Shown: in pieces, positions 10,738 through 21,365 of the stretch | Position numbering within the stretch: position 1 is the first letter of the stretch | Layout: each line of letters begins with the position of its first letter | NCBI GenBank assembly: GCA_050259235.1 | Contig: JBLNAG010000002.1 | Coordinates: forward strand, 24,382 to 88,381 | Length of the DNA: 64,000 bases | Source of the DNA: Ignavibacteriales bacterium | GTDB lineage: Bacteria; Bacillota_I; Bacilli_A; RF39; UBA660 | Reading direction: 5' to 3' | Position numbers and translations under genes: made by a program | Notes under the pieces: model-generated | Database searches by the model: none | Told to the model about the DNA's origin: nothing | The model's input: the letters and a program-made list of their open reading frames with translations, nothing else

Positions 10738-11167
10738 ACATTAATAATCTTAATGTCCCAAAAAAGTATGCACTAACTACACCATATATAATAACTGAAC
10801 CTGCTAATTTAAGCATATTAGCACCAATACCTGTCACTAAACCTTCTTTACGATATTCTAAAGCTGCACTCATCATTGCATGAGCAAAACCGGTAATTGG
10901 AATTATTAGACCACATTTAGCAAAATTAACCCATTTATCAAAAAAACCTAGACAGGTAAGAAGACATCCTAAAAATATCAATGTTATAATCATAAAAATA
11001 GATGCTTCAGTACTTGAAATATGGAAAAGAAATGAATAAATATCAATAAAAAATTGTCCTATTATTCCCATAATTCCCCCAATAAAAAACGCTATCATTG
11101 CATTATATAAAATATTTTCCTTTGGGGTTTTTCTATCCACTAACTCTTTATATTTGCTTTTATCCAT
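10727..11167 (-). CDS. spoVAC: stage V sporulation protein AC
   Basis: 146 aa with four TM helices, typical SpoVAC size and sequence. Confidence 0.85.
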   Translation of the reverse strand: MDKSKYKELVDRKTPKENILYNAMIAFFIGGIMGIIGQFFIDIYSFLFHISSTEASIFMIITLIFLGCLLTCLGFFDKWVNFAKCGLIIPITGFAHAMMSAALEYRKEGLVTGIGANMLKLAGSVIIYGVVSAYFFGTLRLLMFGA

Positions 11168-11228
11168 AATATTCCTCCTAGAATTATTATGAATAAGGTT
11201 TTATTTTTTTATACAAAAAAACAGTCAA

Positions 11229-11594
11229 TTACGAATATTGACTGTCTTGTTCAACAATATTAAAAGTTCCATCGACTCCTGCTCGTTCATAGTCACTACC
11301 ACCAACAAGTTGCATAATAAAACTAACTACAAATGGTAGTAAGAAAATTATAGCACCCGCAATTAATCTTTTAAAGGAAGTATTCATTGCTTTCTTTAAA
11401 GCCTCGTTATCTTGTGAAGTAACTGCCTTCGCAAAATCAACCGAACAAATTATAACTAATATAACTGGTACAACAATACAAATTATTCTAATAATTACTT
11501 CAATTATATCTAGAACTCCACCAAAATCACTTTGTAAATCTGAAATAATATCTAATAACATAATTTCACTCCTATACTGTTTATATTTTAGCAT
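11229..11594 (-). CDS. hypothetical small membrane protein between sigF and spoVAC
   Basis: 121 aa with two TM segments and no HATPase motifs, so it is not SpoIIAB. Confidence 0.4.
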   Translation of the reverse strand: MLKYKQYRSEIMLLDIISDLQSDFGGVLDIIEVIIRIICIVVPVILVIICSVDFAKAVTSQDNEALKKAMNTSFKRLIAGAIIFLLPFVVSFIMQLVGGSDYERAGVDGTFNIVEQDSQYS

Positions 11595-11616
11595 ATTACA
11601 TAATAAAATACAATAA

Positions 11617-12264
11617 TTAGGCCGCTAAATTATTTTTCATCTTAACTAATATTTTCTTTTCTTGTCTTGATACCTGTACTTGACTTATTCCTAATACTTT
11701 TGCAGCTTCATTTTGTGTTAAATCTTCCATATATCTCTTTTCAATTAATTCCTTTTCTGATTGTTTTAGTGCTTCTATTTCTTCTCTTAAAGCTAATAAA
11801 GTATCCATATCAGTTTGTCTTTTAGTAATTACTTCATGCAAAGACATATCATTAACTGGTTCATCAATGCTTTGAGTTAAATTATTAGATTTCACAGCTT
11901 CCACTACAAATATCTCAGGAATTTCTAAAAAACTTGCTAATTCACTAATAGTTGGTTCACGCATTAATTTTTGCGTTAATAATATTTTAGCTTTTTCTAT
12001 TCTTAAATTTCTTTTAGATATATCACGACTAATCTTAATACTCTTATCCTCTCTAACACACTTTTTCATTTCACCTAAAATATATGGGTAAGCATAAGTA
12101 CTAAACTTAACATTCATATTAGGATCATAATTATTATAAGCATTAATTAATCCTAAAACCCCTACTTGAAACAAATCATCCTTGTGTGGATAATTATTAA
12201 AATAATGAGTCATACCATGAATCAATCTCTGATTTTCAATAATTGCTTGATCTAAATTTTCCAT
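11617..12264 (-). CDS. sigF: sporulation sigma factor of the SigF/SigG family (RNA polymerase sigma-70 family), N-terminally short
   Basis: Region 2 (DLFQVGVLGLINAYNNYDP...FSTYAYPYILGEMKK) and region 4 HTH (LTQNEAAKVLGISQVQVSRQEKK). A good RBS (aaggagaaaatATG) sits right after spoIIAA. It is 215 aa against about 255 for canonical SigF. Confidence 0.8.
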   Translation of the reverse strand: MENLDQAIIENQRLIHGMTHYFNNYPHKDDLFQVGVLGLINAYNNYDPNMNVKFSTYAYPYILGEMKKCVREDKSIKISRDISKRNLRIEKAKILLTQKLMREPTISELASFLEIPEIFVVEAVKSNNLTQSIDEPVNDMSLHEVITKRQTDMDTLLALREEIEALKQSEKELIEKRYMEDLTQNEAAKVLGISQVQVSRQEKKILVKMKNNLAA

Positions 12265-12274
12265 ATTTTCTCCT

Positions 12275-12622
12275 TTATAAATTAATGATGTTTATAGCTG
12301 CTAACTCATCACTTGCTTCATACATATAATTTAACAGTCGACTATGCTTAATTCTCTCCTTTACTAAATCATTATCTATTCCACACACTAAGCTCTTACC
12401 ATTATTATTTCTACATATTTCATAATTGTAAAGCAGTGTATTTATTCCTTTAATATCTATTGATGTTAGATTAGAAATATTAAAAACAATGTTTCTAATT
12501 CCATTATCTTTTATCAATTTAGTGACTTCTTTATTTAACTTATCAACTGTTCTTTTAGTTAGCATTCCTTCTAATCTTACAAAAAGAATTCCCTTCCTAA
12601 ATTCCATAGCTATGTCTAACAA
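12275..12622 (-). CDS. spoIIAA: anti-sigma-factor antagonist (STAS domain), SpoIIAA-like
   Basis: 115-aa STAS fold with a phosphorylatable Ser in NLTSIDIKGIN, directly upstream of the sigma factor gene. Confidence 0.75.
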   Translation of the reverse strand: MLDIAMEFRKGILFVRLEGMLTKRTVDKLNKEVTKLIKDNGIRNIVFNISNLTSIDIKGINTLLYNYEICRNNNGKSLVCGIDNDLVKERIKHSRLLNYMYEASDELAAINIINL

Positions 12623-12688
12623 GATATCACCTTCCCATATAATTTAGCACATTTTTTTAAACTCTTATACCGATACGACAAAACTAGT

Positions 12689-14188
12689 TTATTTTTTTAA
12701 TTTATACTTTATTTTGAACACAAATATCGTTATTAATACAATTATTAAATATATAAATAATAATGTTTTATTAAGTACTGTACTCTTTTTAATAACAAAT
12801 GAAGGACTTAAAGATTCTTTATTCTTATTTAATTCTTTATTTTTAAGTTGTAATGTTAATATATCATTATTAAACTTATTAATTAAATCATCTTTACCTT
12901 TTAATATTTCTTTTATATTTATATATTGATTATTAATAATTGTATTTAAATTATTAATTTGTTTTTTTAAACTTTGATTTTCATTTATTTTATAATTTAA
13001 AGCATCAATTAAATTTTGTTTTATATCAACCATAACATCTTTCGTGATTGTCTTATAAGGAAGAATATAATTAACTTTATATGTACCATTTATATCTTTA
13101 TCTAAATTACTAGTTATCTTTATATCATTTACCGTTGACTCTAAAATAAAATCTTTTAAATTAATATCTTTATTATCTATTATTAAATCTTTTTTTATAA
13201 CAACTTTATCACGTGTCTGGGATCTGTATAAAGTAATAGTTTCACCTTTATATGGATAATCATCATTTCCTATTTCACTATATCCATCCATATAATGATT
13301 AATTAGATTATAATGACGATATAAAATATCCTTATATTTATATCCTTTAATAGGATTTATAACACGAGTTGGAAATAACTCAGGAATAGTATTAGAAATC
13401 CCAGATTCACTATATTCTGGATTCTTAATTACTAAGTCTTGATATGTATAATTAAATGGTTCGATATCAGAAGTTGAACCATTTTTAAATATGTAACTAA
13501 ACAGTTCTTCAGCATAAATTAAATCATTATTTTCTTTTTCCCTACTAACACTTATCTTAAATCTCTTAACACTTTCTTGTTCATCGTATAAGTACATTAC
13601 AACTTTAAAATCATTCAAATTATAGTAATCTTTTAAATCAACAATTAACTCATTTCCATTTTTTATTCTTGATTGATTTTCACGAGTAATTCCATTATTT
13701 ATATATTTATCAAAACTACTATTACATTCTGTACATAAATAATCATAATTTATCTTTTGATTATTAATATAGATATTTAATTCTGGTATATTGAAGTATC
13801 CATTACTTCCTTCAACATCTTTAATATGGATATATCTAATTTTTAGCATATCTTTATATTCATATATATCTTTTTTAATAATAAGACGATTAGGAATAAT
13901 TTCCGGTTCTTGTATGAACCACTCACTCCAATCACTAAGAATGTAATCACCTTTATCAATAAAAGGATAATTCACATCATTGCTTCCCTCAACATAATAA
14001 TCTCCCATACTTTTTTCGGTATTATACCAACTATATAATACTTTCTTTTCTACTTTAACTAAATCAGATTCCAACACTTCTGTTTGACTATAGTCTGAGA
14101 AAGAAGAATATGGAGAATAATAAATATCACTAGCCAAGACTCTACTATTTAAACTAAATAGTAACAATATAAAAATTATTTTTTTCAT
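12689..14188 (-). CDS. hypothetical secreted protein with a C-terminal coiled coil and TM anchor
   Basis: 499 aa with an N-terminal signal peptide, an Asn/Tyr/Lys-rich body, a C-terminal heptad-like segment and a terminal hydrophobic anchor with a KYKLKK tail. Confidence 0.5.
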   Translation of the reverse strand: MKKIIFILLLFSLNSRVLASDIYYSPYSSFSDYSQTEVLESDLVKVEKKVLYSWYNTEKSMGDYYVEGSNDVNYPFIDKGDYILSDWSEWFIQEPEIIPNRLIIKKDIYEYKDMLKIRYIHIKDVEGSNGYFNIPELNIYINNQKINYDYLCTECNSSFDKYINNGITRENQSRIKNGNELIVDLKDYYNLNDFKVVMYLYDEQESVKRFKISVSREKENNDLIYAEELFSYIFKNGSTSDIEPFNYTYQDLVIKNPEYSESGISNTIPELFPTRVINPIKGYKYKDILYRHYNLINHYMDGYSEIGNDDYPYKGETITLYRSQTRDKVVIKKDLIIDNKDINLKDFILESTVNDIKITSNLDKDINGTYKVNYILPYKTITKDVMVDIKQNLIDALNYKINENQSLKKQINNLNTIINNQYINIKEILKGKDDLINKFNNDILTLQLKNKELNKNKESLSPSFVIKKSTVLNKTLLFIYLIIVLITIFVFKIKYKLKK

Positions 14189-14259
14189 TTAATCACCTCA
14201 CTACTATTATTCAATATATACTTTCTTTTTCCTTCATAAAAAAAACTGATTGCTCAGTT

Positions 14260-16584
14260 TTAACTATAACTAACTTCTTTAATTGTCTTAATAGTGATAT
14301 TTTTTTGATTATCTATTATTTTTTCAATAATTCTATTATCTAATTTATCATTTATAATCTTATCTATTTTTCTAGCTCCAAATTCTTTATAATTACATAG
14401 TTCAATTAATTCATCAATAATATTATCTTTTAGTTTTACCGTTATTTTCTTCTTACTATATTTTTGTTTTAATTTTTTTATTTTCTCTTCAACTATTATT
14501 TTAATACTATCAACATCTAAATTATTAAATATTATGGTGTTATCAATACGATTAATAAATGAAGTCGTAAAGTTTTCTTTTAATTTAGTTAAGACAACAC
14601 TTTCATTTTTATTAAAACCAATGTTTTTATCATTAAAACCAATATTAGAAGTCATAATAATTATTACATTATCAAAACGAACTGTATGTCCTTTAGAATC
14701 TTTTATTTTTCCTTCATCAAATATTTGAAATAGTAAATTAATTATACTTGAATGAGCCTTTTCTATTTCATCTAATATTAATACTGCATTAGGACGATTT
14801 CTAATTTCTTCAAGAATATTTTTATTATCACTATAACCAATATATCCTGGAGGTGCTCCAATTATTTTACTAATAGAATGGCCCTCACTATATTCACTCA
14901 TATCTAATTTAATAACATTTTCTTTTCCTACTAAACTAGCTCCAAAAGACTTAGCTAATTCAGTTTTACCAACACCACTGTTTCCAACAAACATCATGGA
15001 ATAGCATCTATTTTCATCACTAAACCCTAGCTTTATCTTTCTAGCAATTTTAATTACTTCTTCTTTTACTTTATCTTGACCAACGATATAACTTAATGAA
15101 TCTCTAATTTGTTTAATGACAATATCATTTTCTTTTAACAATTCATATACAGGAATCTTAGTCTTAATACTTATTATTTCGGCAATATCCTCTTTAGTAA
15201 CTACCTTAACATTGTTTTTATTATATAACTGCATTTCTAAATTATTTATTTTATCCATCATTATATTTTCTTTTTTCTTATATTTAGATGCTAAAACAAA
15301 GTCATTATTTATAATAGCATCATTTTTATTTTGAATAATGTTATGTAATTCTTTATTTAGTTGTTTATATTCAATTAATTCCTTTTCTTCTGTTAGGCTT
15401 ACTTTAGCTGCTACTTCATCCATGATGTCAATTGCTTTATCTGGTTGATTACGGTCATATACATATTTTTCACTTAAATCAATAATTAGATCAATAATAT
15501 CATCACTAATTAGTACTTTATGGTAACTTTCATAGATTGGTTTTAACTTTAGTAGTATTTCTTTTAGTGTTTCAGGTGATGGAATATCAATATATACTTT
15601 TTGGAATCTTCTTTCTAATGCTCTATCATTTTCAATAAACTTCTTATATTCATCTATAGTTGTAGCTCCTATACAGCGTAATTTATTACGTGCTAAAGCA
15701 GGTTTAAATATATTAGAAGCATCAATTGCTCCTTCTGCTCCACCAGCACCTACTAATGTATGAATTTCGTCAATAAATAAAATGATATCATCATTTTCTT
15801 CCACTTCTTTTAGTACTTTTTTTATTCTTTCTTCAAATTCTCCACGATATTTAGTTCCTGCTACTGAACTAGCCATATCTAGGCTTATAATTCTTTTATT
15901 TTTTAAACTCATAGGAACATCACTTCTTACAATCATTTGACTTAATTCTTCAACTATTGATGTTTTCCCAACCCCAGCTTCGCCAATTAATATGGGATTA
16001 TTTTTAGTTCTTCTAGATAAAATTTCTAAAACTCTTTTTATTTCTTTTTCCCTTCCAACCACAGGATCTAACTCATTATTTAAAGCTTTATTAGTTAAAT
16101 CAATACCTAATTCATCTAGTAATAATTTTTTATTCTTTTTGAATTTATTATTGTTTATTTTATAAGCAAATTCACTATATAAACTATCTATATCAATATT
16201 CATTCCTAACATAATTCTAATTGCGACTCCTTCACCTTCTTCTAATAAACTAGAAAAAAGATGAGTTGGTGTGACTTCTCCATTATTATTTTCTTTACTA
16301 TCAATAATGGCTCCTTCCATTACTCTCTTCAATAATGGTGTGTATAGAAAATATTCACTTGCTTTTGAACCTATGCCAACAATTTTAATTATCTCAGCTT
16401 TAAAGGTATCGTAGTCTAAATCATATTCTTTTAATTTCTTAGAAATTGTATTATTATCTTTTAAGATGGCTAATAATAGATGTTCACTACCTACATAGGG
16501 ATGTTTTAATTCATACATTTCTTCTTTTGCACGCATTAATATTTTTCTAGCATCTTCGGTAAAATTGTTAAACATAGATATCAT
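14260..16584 (-). CDS. clpC: ATP-dependent Clp protease ATP-binding subunit (ClpC-type AAA+ chaperone)
   Basis: Two Clp_N repeats, then D1 (GEAGVGKTS) and D2 (GNSGVGKTE) Walker A motifs in a two-AAA+ architecture. Confidence 0.85.
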   Translation of the reverse strand: MISMFNNFTEDARKILMRAKEEMYELKHPYVGSEHLLLAILKDNNTISKKLKEYDLDYDTFKAEIIKIVGIGSKASEYFLYTPLLKRVMEGAIIDSKENNNGEVTPTHLFSSLLEEGEGVAIRIMLGMNIDIDSLYSEFAYKINNNKFKKNKKLLLDELGIDLTNKALNNELDPVVGREKEIKRVLEILSRRTKNNPILIGEAGVGKTSIVEELSQMIVRSDVPMSLKNKRIISLDMASSVAGTKYRGEFEERIKKVLKEVEENDDIILFIDEIHTLVGAGGAEGAIDASNIFKPALARNKLRCIGATTIDEYKKFIENDRALERRFQKVYIDIPSPETLKEILLKLKPIYESYHKVLISDDIIDLIIDLSEKYVYDRNQPDKAIDIMDEVAAKVSLTEEKELIEYKQLNKELHNIIQNKNDAIINNDFVLASKYKKKENIMMDKINNLEMQLYNKNNVKVVTKEDIAEIISIKTKIPVYELLKENDIVIKQIRDSLSYIVGQDKVKEEVIKIARKIKLGFSDENRCYSMMFVGNSGVGKTELAKSFGASLVGKENVIKLDMSEYSEGHSISKIIGAPPGYIGYSDNKNILEEIRNRPNAVLILDEIEKAHSSIINLLFQIFDEGKIKDSKGHTVRFDNVIIIMTSNIGFNDKNIGFNKNESVVLTKLKENFTTSFINRIDNTIIFNNLDVDSIKIIVEEKIKKLKQKYSKKKITVKLKDNIIDELIELCNYKEFGARKIDKIINDKLDNRIIEKIIDNQKNITIKTIKEVSYS

Positions 16585-16629
16585 CTCCTATCATTATTGT
16601 ATGTCTTTACAGGATTTTAAAACTTACTT

Positions 16630-16666
16630 TTTTTCATCAAAAAAACACATTTTTTATATGTGTTTT
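16630..16666 (-). terminator. rho-independent terminator overlapping the flippase gene stop (bidirectional hairpin)
   Basis: aaacacat ttttta atgtgttt stem-loop followed by a U-run on the minus-strand transcript. Confidence 0.5.
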
Positions 16667-18294
16667 TTAATTCTTAATTTTGTTAATATTTGATCTATTA
16701 AACGTTTACCAAAGATATCAACAACTAAATTAGATTTATATGTAATTACTAGATATATTATTGCTCCTACTAATCCATAGATAGTCGCGTATATTAAAGC
16801 TGGTAATCTATGAATAGTTTCAAAGTTAACAAATGTACTCATAATTAATAAACTAGCTATCATTATACCTGTACATAAAGTTATATTTAATAATCGCATA
16901 TTAGTTGTATGAAAACTAACTTTATATTGTGTCTTTAATTTCATTAATAAATACATTATTGCAATTGCTTGAACTACAATTGAAGATAAAACTGGTCCAA
17001 GATATAATGGAACTCCCATCATATCACATAAATACATTGATGGAATATTTATAGCTATCTTACCAACTAAACTTAGTAGTAAGGTTGTTAAAGCTACTTT
17101 AGTATTATTCATTGTTTGTAAAATGTTAATTAATACTGTAAAGAATGAGAATGATAATGCTTGAAAGATAAATATTCTAAATATATTAATACTAAGTACA
17201 TCATATTCATAGAATATTACCCAAACTTCTTGAGCTAAGAAACAAATTCCCGCAATCATGGGAATAATTATATATGACATAGCTTGTAATGCTTGATTAA
17301 TTTTTCTACTAACATCATTCATGTCATTTTTAATATAGCTACTAGCAATATTAGGAATAAGACTAACAGTTAAACCAATAGCTATAGATATAACAACTAA
17401 ATTTAACTTAGTAGCCCAAGTAGAAATAACTCCTATTGTTGTTTCAGCAATAGCACCCGCTCCTAAATTATTTAATGTGTTTACAACAGTAACAGTATCA
17501 ACTAAGGCAAATGCTGATTTAATTAAATCAATTAACACAAATGGTAAAGCATAGAAAATAATTTTCTTTAATATTTCTTTGCTTGTAATCTTAGCTTCCT
17601 CACGAGTAATCTCTTCATCTCTTTTTAGTTTATCCTTACTCTTCTTCATCTTATATAATAAGTAAAAATAAGCGCTAAGAGCACCAATTGTTGCACCAAA
17701 GACAGCAATACCAACAGCACTATTAATAGATAAATTAAATACCTTAACAGCCATATAACTACCTAATAATATAACAACTACACGAACTATTTGTTCAATA
17801 ACACTAGCTACACTAGATGGTGTCATAAAATTATGTCCTTGAAGATAACCTCTAGTAACACTTAATAGAGGAACAATAAGTAAAGCAGTAGCCACTACTC
17901 TAATTACCATTGTTACTCCTTCAATTGTATTTCCACCTTCTAAATCCCCTAGGATAGTCTTAGCTAATAATGGAGCAATTACCATTAATACAATAAATGA
18001 TAATATACCAAATCCAATAATAATATTAGATCCCATCTTATAAGCTCTTTCTTTAGTATAATTGTAATTTAAACTACTATATTCACTAATTATTTTACTG
18101 ATAGCTATTGGTATACCACCAGAAGAAATGGTCAAGAAAACAGCATATATAGCATATGCATAACTATATAATGCTCCTCCCTGCTGTCCAATAATTTGAT
18201 AAAAAGGGATAACGTAAATTAACCCTAATATCTTACAAACAATGATACTAATAGTAGCAACCATTGCACCTTCTATAAAATTACTTCTTTTCAT
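16654..18294 (-). CDS. MOP-superfamily flippase (MurJ/SpoVB-like polysaccharide biosynthesis protein)
   Basis: 546 aa with about 14 predicted TM helices and the MVATISIIVCKILG N-terminus typical of SpoVB/MurJ. Confidence 0.7.
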   Translation of the reverse strand: MKRSNFIEGAMVATISIIVCKILGLIYVIPFYQIIGQQGGALYSYAYAIYAVFLTISSGGIPIAISKIISEYSSLNYNYTKERAYKMGSNIIIGFGILSFIVLMVIAPLLAKTILGDLEGGNTIEGVTMVIRVVATALLIVPLLSVTRGYLQGHNFMTPSSVASVIEQIVRVVVILLGSYMAVKVFNLSINSAVGIAVFGATIGALSAYFYLLYKMKKSKDKLKRDEEITREEAKITSKEILKKIIFYALPFVLIDLIKSAFALVDTVTVVNTLNNLGAGAIAETTIGVISTWATKLNLVVISIAIGLTVSLIPNIASSYIKNDMNDVSRKINQALQAMSYIIIPMIAGICFLAQEVWVIFYEYDVLSINIFRIFIFQALSFSFFTVLINILQTMNNTKVALTTLLLSLVGKIAINIPSMYLCDMMGVPLYLGPVLSSIVVQAIAIMYLLMKLKTQYKVSFHTTNMRLLNITLCTGIMIASLLIMSTFVNFETIHRLPALIYATIYGLVGAIIYLVITYKSNLVVDIFGKRLIDQILTKLRIKKHI

Positions 18295-18306
18295 AAATTA
18301 TCCTCG

Positions 18307-18477
18307 TTATTGATAAATTATCATTGCTGAAAAACAATATACTTGGTCTTCACTAAAATCGCTAATAGCAACTTGATATTTTATATCAATAACTTCACCT
18401 TCTAATTCACCTAAAAATTTATTAACAGATGCTTCTAAATCTTTTTCATGACCTTCATCAAATACTTTAACTTTCAT
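18307..18477 (-). CDS. cse60: Cse60-family small sporulation protein (absent from the ORF track)
   Basis: Hand translation gives 56 aa: MKVKVFDEGHEKDLEASVNKFLGELEGEVIDIKYQVAISDFSEDQVYCFSAMIIYQ, matching the Cse60/YteV pattern as I remember it. Confidence 0.5.
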   Translation of the reverse strand: MKVKVFDEGHEKDLEASVNKFLGELEGEVIDIKYQVAISDFSEDQVYCFSAMIIYQ

Positions 18478-18525
18478 ATTATCACCCCTACTATTATAGT
18501 AAATAGTAAAGATTATTCTTGTCGA

Positions 18526-19743
18526 TTAATAGTGATTTGAATAGAATATGTCACGATTACCCCACCAACCGGTTGGGACATTCATTTTCGTTGCTGGATT
18601 AACTAGATTAGAATAGAATCTGGCATCCCAGAAACCATAATCATCTCCGGCATAACCATATAATAATCCAAAGTGTAAATGAGCACCAGTTGAACAAGAA
18701 TCCCACCATGTAGCACTAGGATCTCCTCCTACAGCACCAATTACTGTATCCTTAGTTACAACATCTCCAACATTTACATATGTTTTATATAAATGCATAT
18801 ATTGCGATGTATAATTAACACCATTAACATTATGCTTAATATATAATGTAGTTCCTCCACAAGATGTTCTATAAGCAATATAACTTACAACTCCTTTGGC
18901 TGCAGCATATACATTTGTTCCTAAAGCCGCCACCATATCAACACCATTGTGGAAATCACTTACCCATCTACCATTTAACCAGAAAGTACGAGGACCCCAT
19001 TCACTTGAAACACTACTACTTATTAAAGGTCGCCAGAAAGTATTGTCTGGTGGAATTCTATTTCCACAGTTATTTACATCATCGTCTAACTGACAATTCA
19101 TATCAAGACGAGTTTGAATATAATCTTCTTGTTGTCTAATTGATTCTTTTTTATCGATACTAATTTCATAAATACCGGCTAATTGATTACCTAATTTTGA
19201 AAGTTGACCTTCAAGATTCTTTTGCTCATCTTTTAAGTTTGCTTCTTTAACTTTTAACTCTTGACCTTTTTTGATATTGTCTTCAATCATTTGATTGTAT
19301 TCTGCAATTAACTTATCGTTGTAATCAGTCATTTGTTCAGTAATAGCAACCCTATAAATAAAATCAGTAAAGTCTTGAGCACCAAAAGCATATTCTAAAT
19401 ACGCTGATTCACCATTAGATAATTGTAAGAAATTAATAATATCTTTTATTTCTTTGTCCTTTTCTTTAATTTGAACATTCAATTGTTGAATCTCATCATT
19501 TAAATTAATAATATCTTTATTAATTTGCAATATTTTAGAATTGATATTAGAAATATTGGTTTTTACTTCAGCAATTTGTTGATTAGTTAATTGTTCTTGT
19601 TTCTTACTTTCTTCATATTCTTTCTTTGTTTGTTCTAATTCATTATATAAATCTCGTAATGTCTTAGCTGAGACATTCTCAGGTATTACAAAACAAGAGA
19701 TTAACAAACCTAAACAAAGGAATATATTAAATAATTTCTTCAT
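18526..19743 (-). CDS. M23-family metalloendopeptidase with an N-terminal coiled coil (EnvC/PcsB-like architecture)
   Basis: Signal peptide, about 200 aa of heptad-rich coiled coil, then LytM motifs HNGVD...HLHFG. Confidence 0.8.
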   Translation of the reverse strand: MKKLFNIFLCLGLLISCFVIPENVSAKTLRDLYNELEQTKKEYEESKKQEQLTNQQIAEVKTNISNINSKILQINKDIINLNDEIQQLNVQIKEKDKEIKDIINFLQLSNGESAYLEYAFGAQDFTDFIYRVAITEQMTDYNDKLIAEYNQMIEDNIKKGQELKVKEANLKDEQKNLEGQLSKLGNQLAGIYEISIDKKESIRQQEDYIQTRLDMNCQLDDDVNNCGNRIPPDNTFWRPLISSSVSSEWGPRTFWLNGRWVSDFHNGVDMVAALGTNVYAAAKGVVSYIAYRTSCGGTTLYIKHNVNGVNYTSQYMHLYKTYVNVGDVVTKDTVIGAVGGDPSATWWDSCSTGAHLHFGLLYGYAGDDYGFWDARFYSNLVNPATKMNVPTGWWGNRDIFYSNHY

Positions 19744-19749
19744 GCATTA

Positions 19750-20385
19750 TCACTCCCTTAGACTTTTACGGATTCTTTTGTAATTTGGTGCATATTTTTC
19801 CACACAATTCCAAAAAGATCTTGAATGGTTAAAATGAATAAAATGAGATAACTCATGAACAATAACATAATCTAATTTATCAATCGTTTCTCTAATTAGA
19901 TTAGCATTTATTGTAATGCTTTCATCTCTTTTATTACATACTCCCCATCTTGTTTTCATTGCTCTTATTTTTAATTTAGGATAAGGTATCTTTTCTTCAA
20001 ACTTGTTATATACAATATCTAATCTCTCATTAAAAATATGCTCAATTTGCTTCTTATACCACTTTGTTAAATCATTCATACTTTTAGTATATATTTTACC
20101 ATTTAGTATAAATGTTTCATTATATGAAGGAACAATGATTATATCATATTCTACACCTAAGAAAAAGAAGCTATCTCTTTTTTCTTGTTCACTATCCCTT
20201 TTGGTCATCATATCTTTTAAGTATTCTTGGTTACGATCTAATAACTCTTCAATATATCTTTTAGACGCCAAAAAGTTAGTAGTAACTTGAATTGTCTTAT
20301 CTTCCTTTACTCGTATATAAGAATTCTTATTACTCTTTTTAACTATTTTAACATCGTAATAAACACCATCCAACTTATACTTCAT
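19750..20385 (-). CDS. YgjP/DUF45-like zinc metallohydrolase (HExxH)
   Basis: 211 aa with a VHELSHFIHFNH HExxH motif near the C-terminus. Confidence 0.65.
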   Translation of the reverse strand: MKYKLDGVYYDVKIVKKSNKNSYIRVKEDKTIQVTTNFLASKRYIEELLDRNQEYLKDMMTKRDSEQEKRDSFFFLGVEYDIIIVPSYNETFILNGKIYTKSMNDLTKWYKKQIEHIFNERLDIVYNKFEEKIPYPKLKIRAMKTRWGVCNKRDESITINANLIRETIDKLDYVIVHELSHFIHFNHSRSFWNCVEKYAPNYKRIRKSLRE

Positions 20386-20386
20386 A

Positions 20387-21271
20387 TTAATTTACTGCTT
20401 TACTGCCCTTATGACATGATTTTCTAACACATTTTTTTATACCATCATTTAGCAGACCATAACAATAATCATCATTTAATAAAGTTTCTATATTTTTTAC
20501 TTTTAATAATAATCCATAATATAGAAGTTCATTTCGATTTATTCCAGCATTATTTCCTAAACTATTAGGTAAATAGTTTTTAAAAGATAACCATTTATGA
20601 TACTCATCATTTGCCACTCTTGTTCTCTTAAAGATGTGCATGAAATAAAACTCTAAGAAAAATGAAGGAAGAATCATACCATATCCAATGATAGTATGAT
20701 AATTAAATATAATATTAATTAAAAATAAAATTAATCCAACATACTTATATAAAATTATTTTAGTATAACAAGTTTTTGGTTCATAATAGTCAGTTAGAAT
20801 TGTTTCTTTTCTAATTATCGCTAACCATAATTGATAATTTAATTGAAATTCAGAACGACCATGGTTACTATCACAGAATTTAGCAATAGTTGAAAAAGAT
20901 ACATGATCAATTTCACCCATTGTTTCAAATAAAAGAGTTATAATAAACTTTTCACTTGCAATCATTTTATTTTGATTAACATGTGGATTTAAATATAATA
21001 CATAATCATCCATTGTTCTTTCTATTCTAAGTATCCCTTTATCAATCATTGATATTATGGATACAGTTAAAACCTCTGGAATTATCTTTTTATACATTAG
21101 CAAACTTAATTCAACTGCTAATTTCTTACTAGGTATGTCTGTATAACGACTATTCTTATATTGAGACTTATATTCTCCACTGTGAGCTTGTGACAAATAC
21201 ATTATAAAAATAAGAAATACTACATACCATATCATAACAGCAGCATAATAAATTGTTAAATATTCTTCCAT
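20387..21271 (-). CDS. hypothetical membrane protein
   Basis: 294 aa with TM helices at the N-terminus and mid-protein; translationally coupled to the HExxH gene. Confidence 0.45.
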   Translation of the reverse strand: MEEYLTIYYAAVMIWYVVFLIFIMYLSQAHSGEYKSQYKNSRYTDIPSKKLAVELSLLMYKKIIPEVLTVSIISMIDKGILRIERTMDDYVLYLNPHVNQNKMIASEKFIITLLFETMGEIDHVSFSTIAKFCDSNHGRSEFQLNYQLWLAIIRKETILTDYYEPKTCYTKIILYKYVGLILFLINIIFNYHTIIGYGMILPSFFLEFYFMHIFKRTRVANDEYHKWLSFKNYLPNSLGNNAGINRNELLYYGLLLKVKNIETLLNDDYCYGLLNDGIKKCVRKSCHKGSKAVN

Positions 21272-21345
21272 TTTACCACTCCTATATTTATATATAACAT
21301 TTTATCATACTTTTCATCATTTTAAAAGTAAAATGCGACAAAAAA

Positions 21346-21365
21346 AGAGATGATTAATCATCTCT
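21346..21365 (-). terminator. rho-independent terminator downstream of the YfcC-family gene
   Basis: Perfect palindrome agagatgattaatcatctct followed by a U-run on the minus-strand transcript. Confidence 0.5.

Noticed and set aside
11229-11594. Whether the 121-aa ORF between sigF and spoVAC could be a cryptic SpoIIAB.
   Set aside because: It has two TM helices and none of the GHKL/HATPase N, G1 or G2 boxes. It is also downstream of sigF rather than upstream.
16585-16653. CtsR operator (tandem GGTCAAA heptads) upstream of clpC.
   Set aside because: No GGTCAAA-like direct repeat is present in the clpC upstream region.
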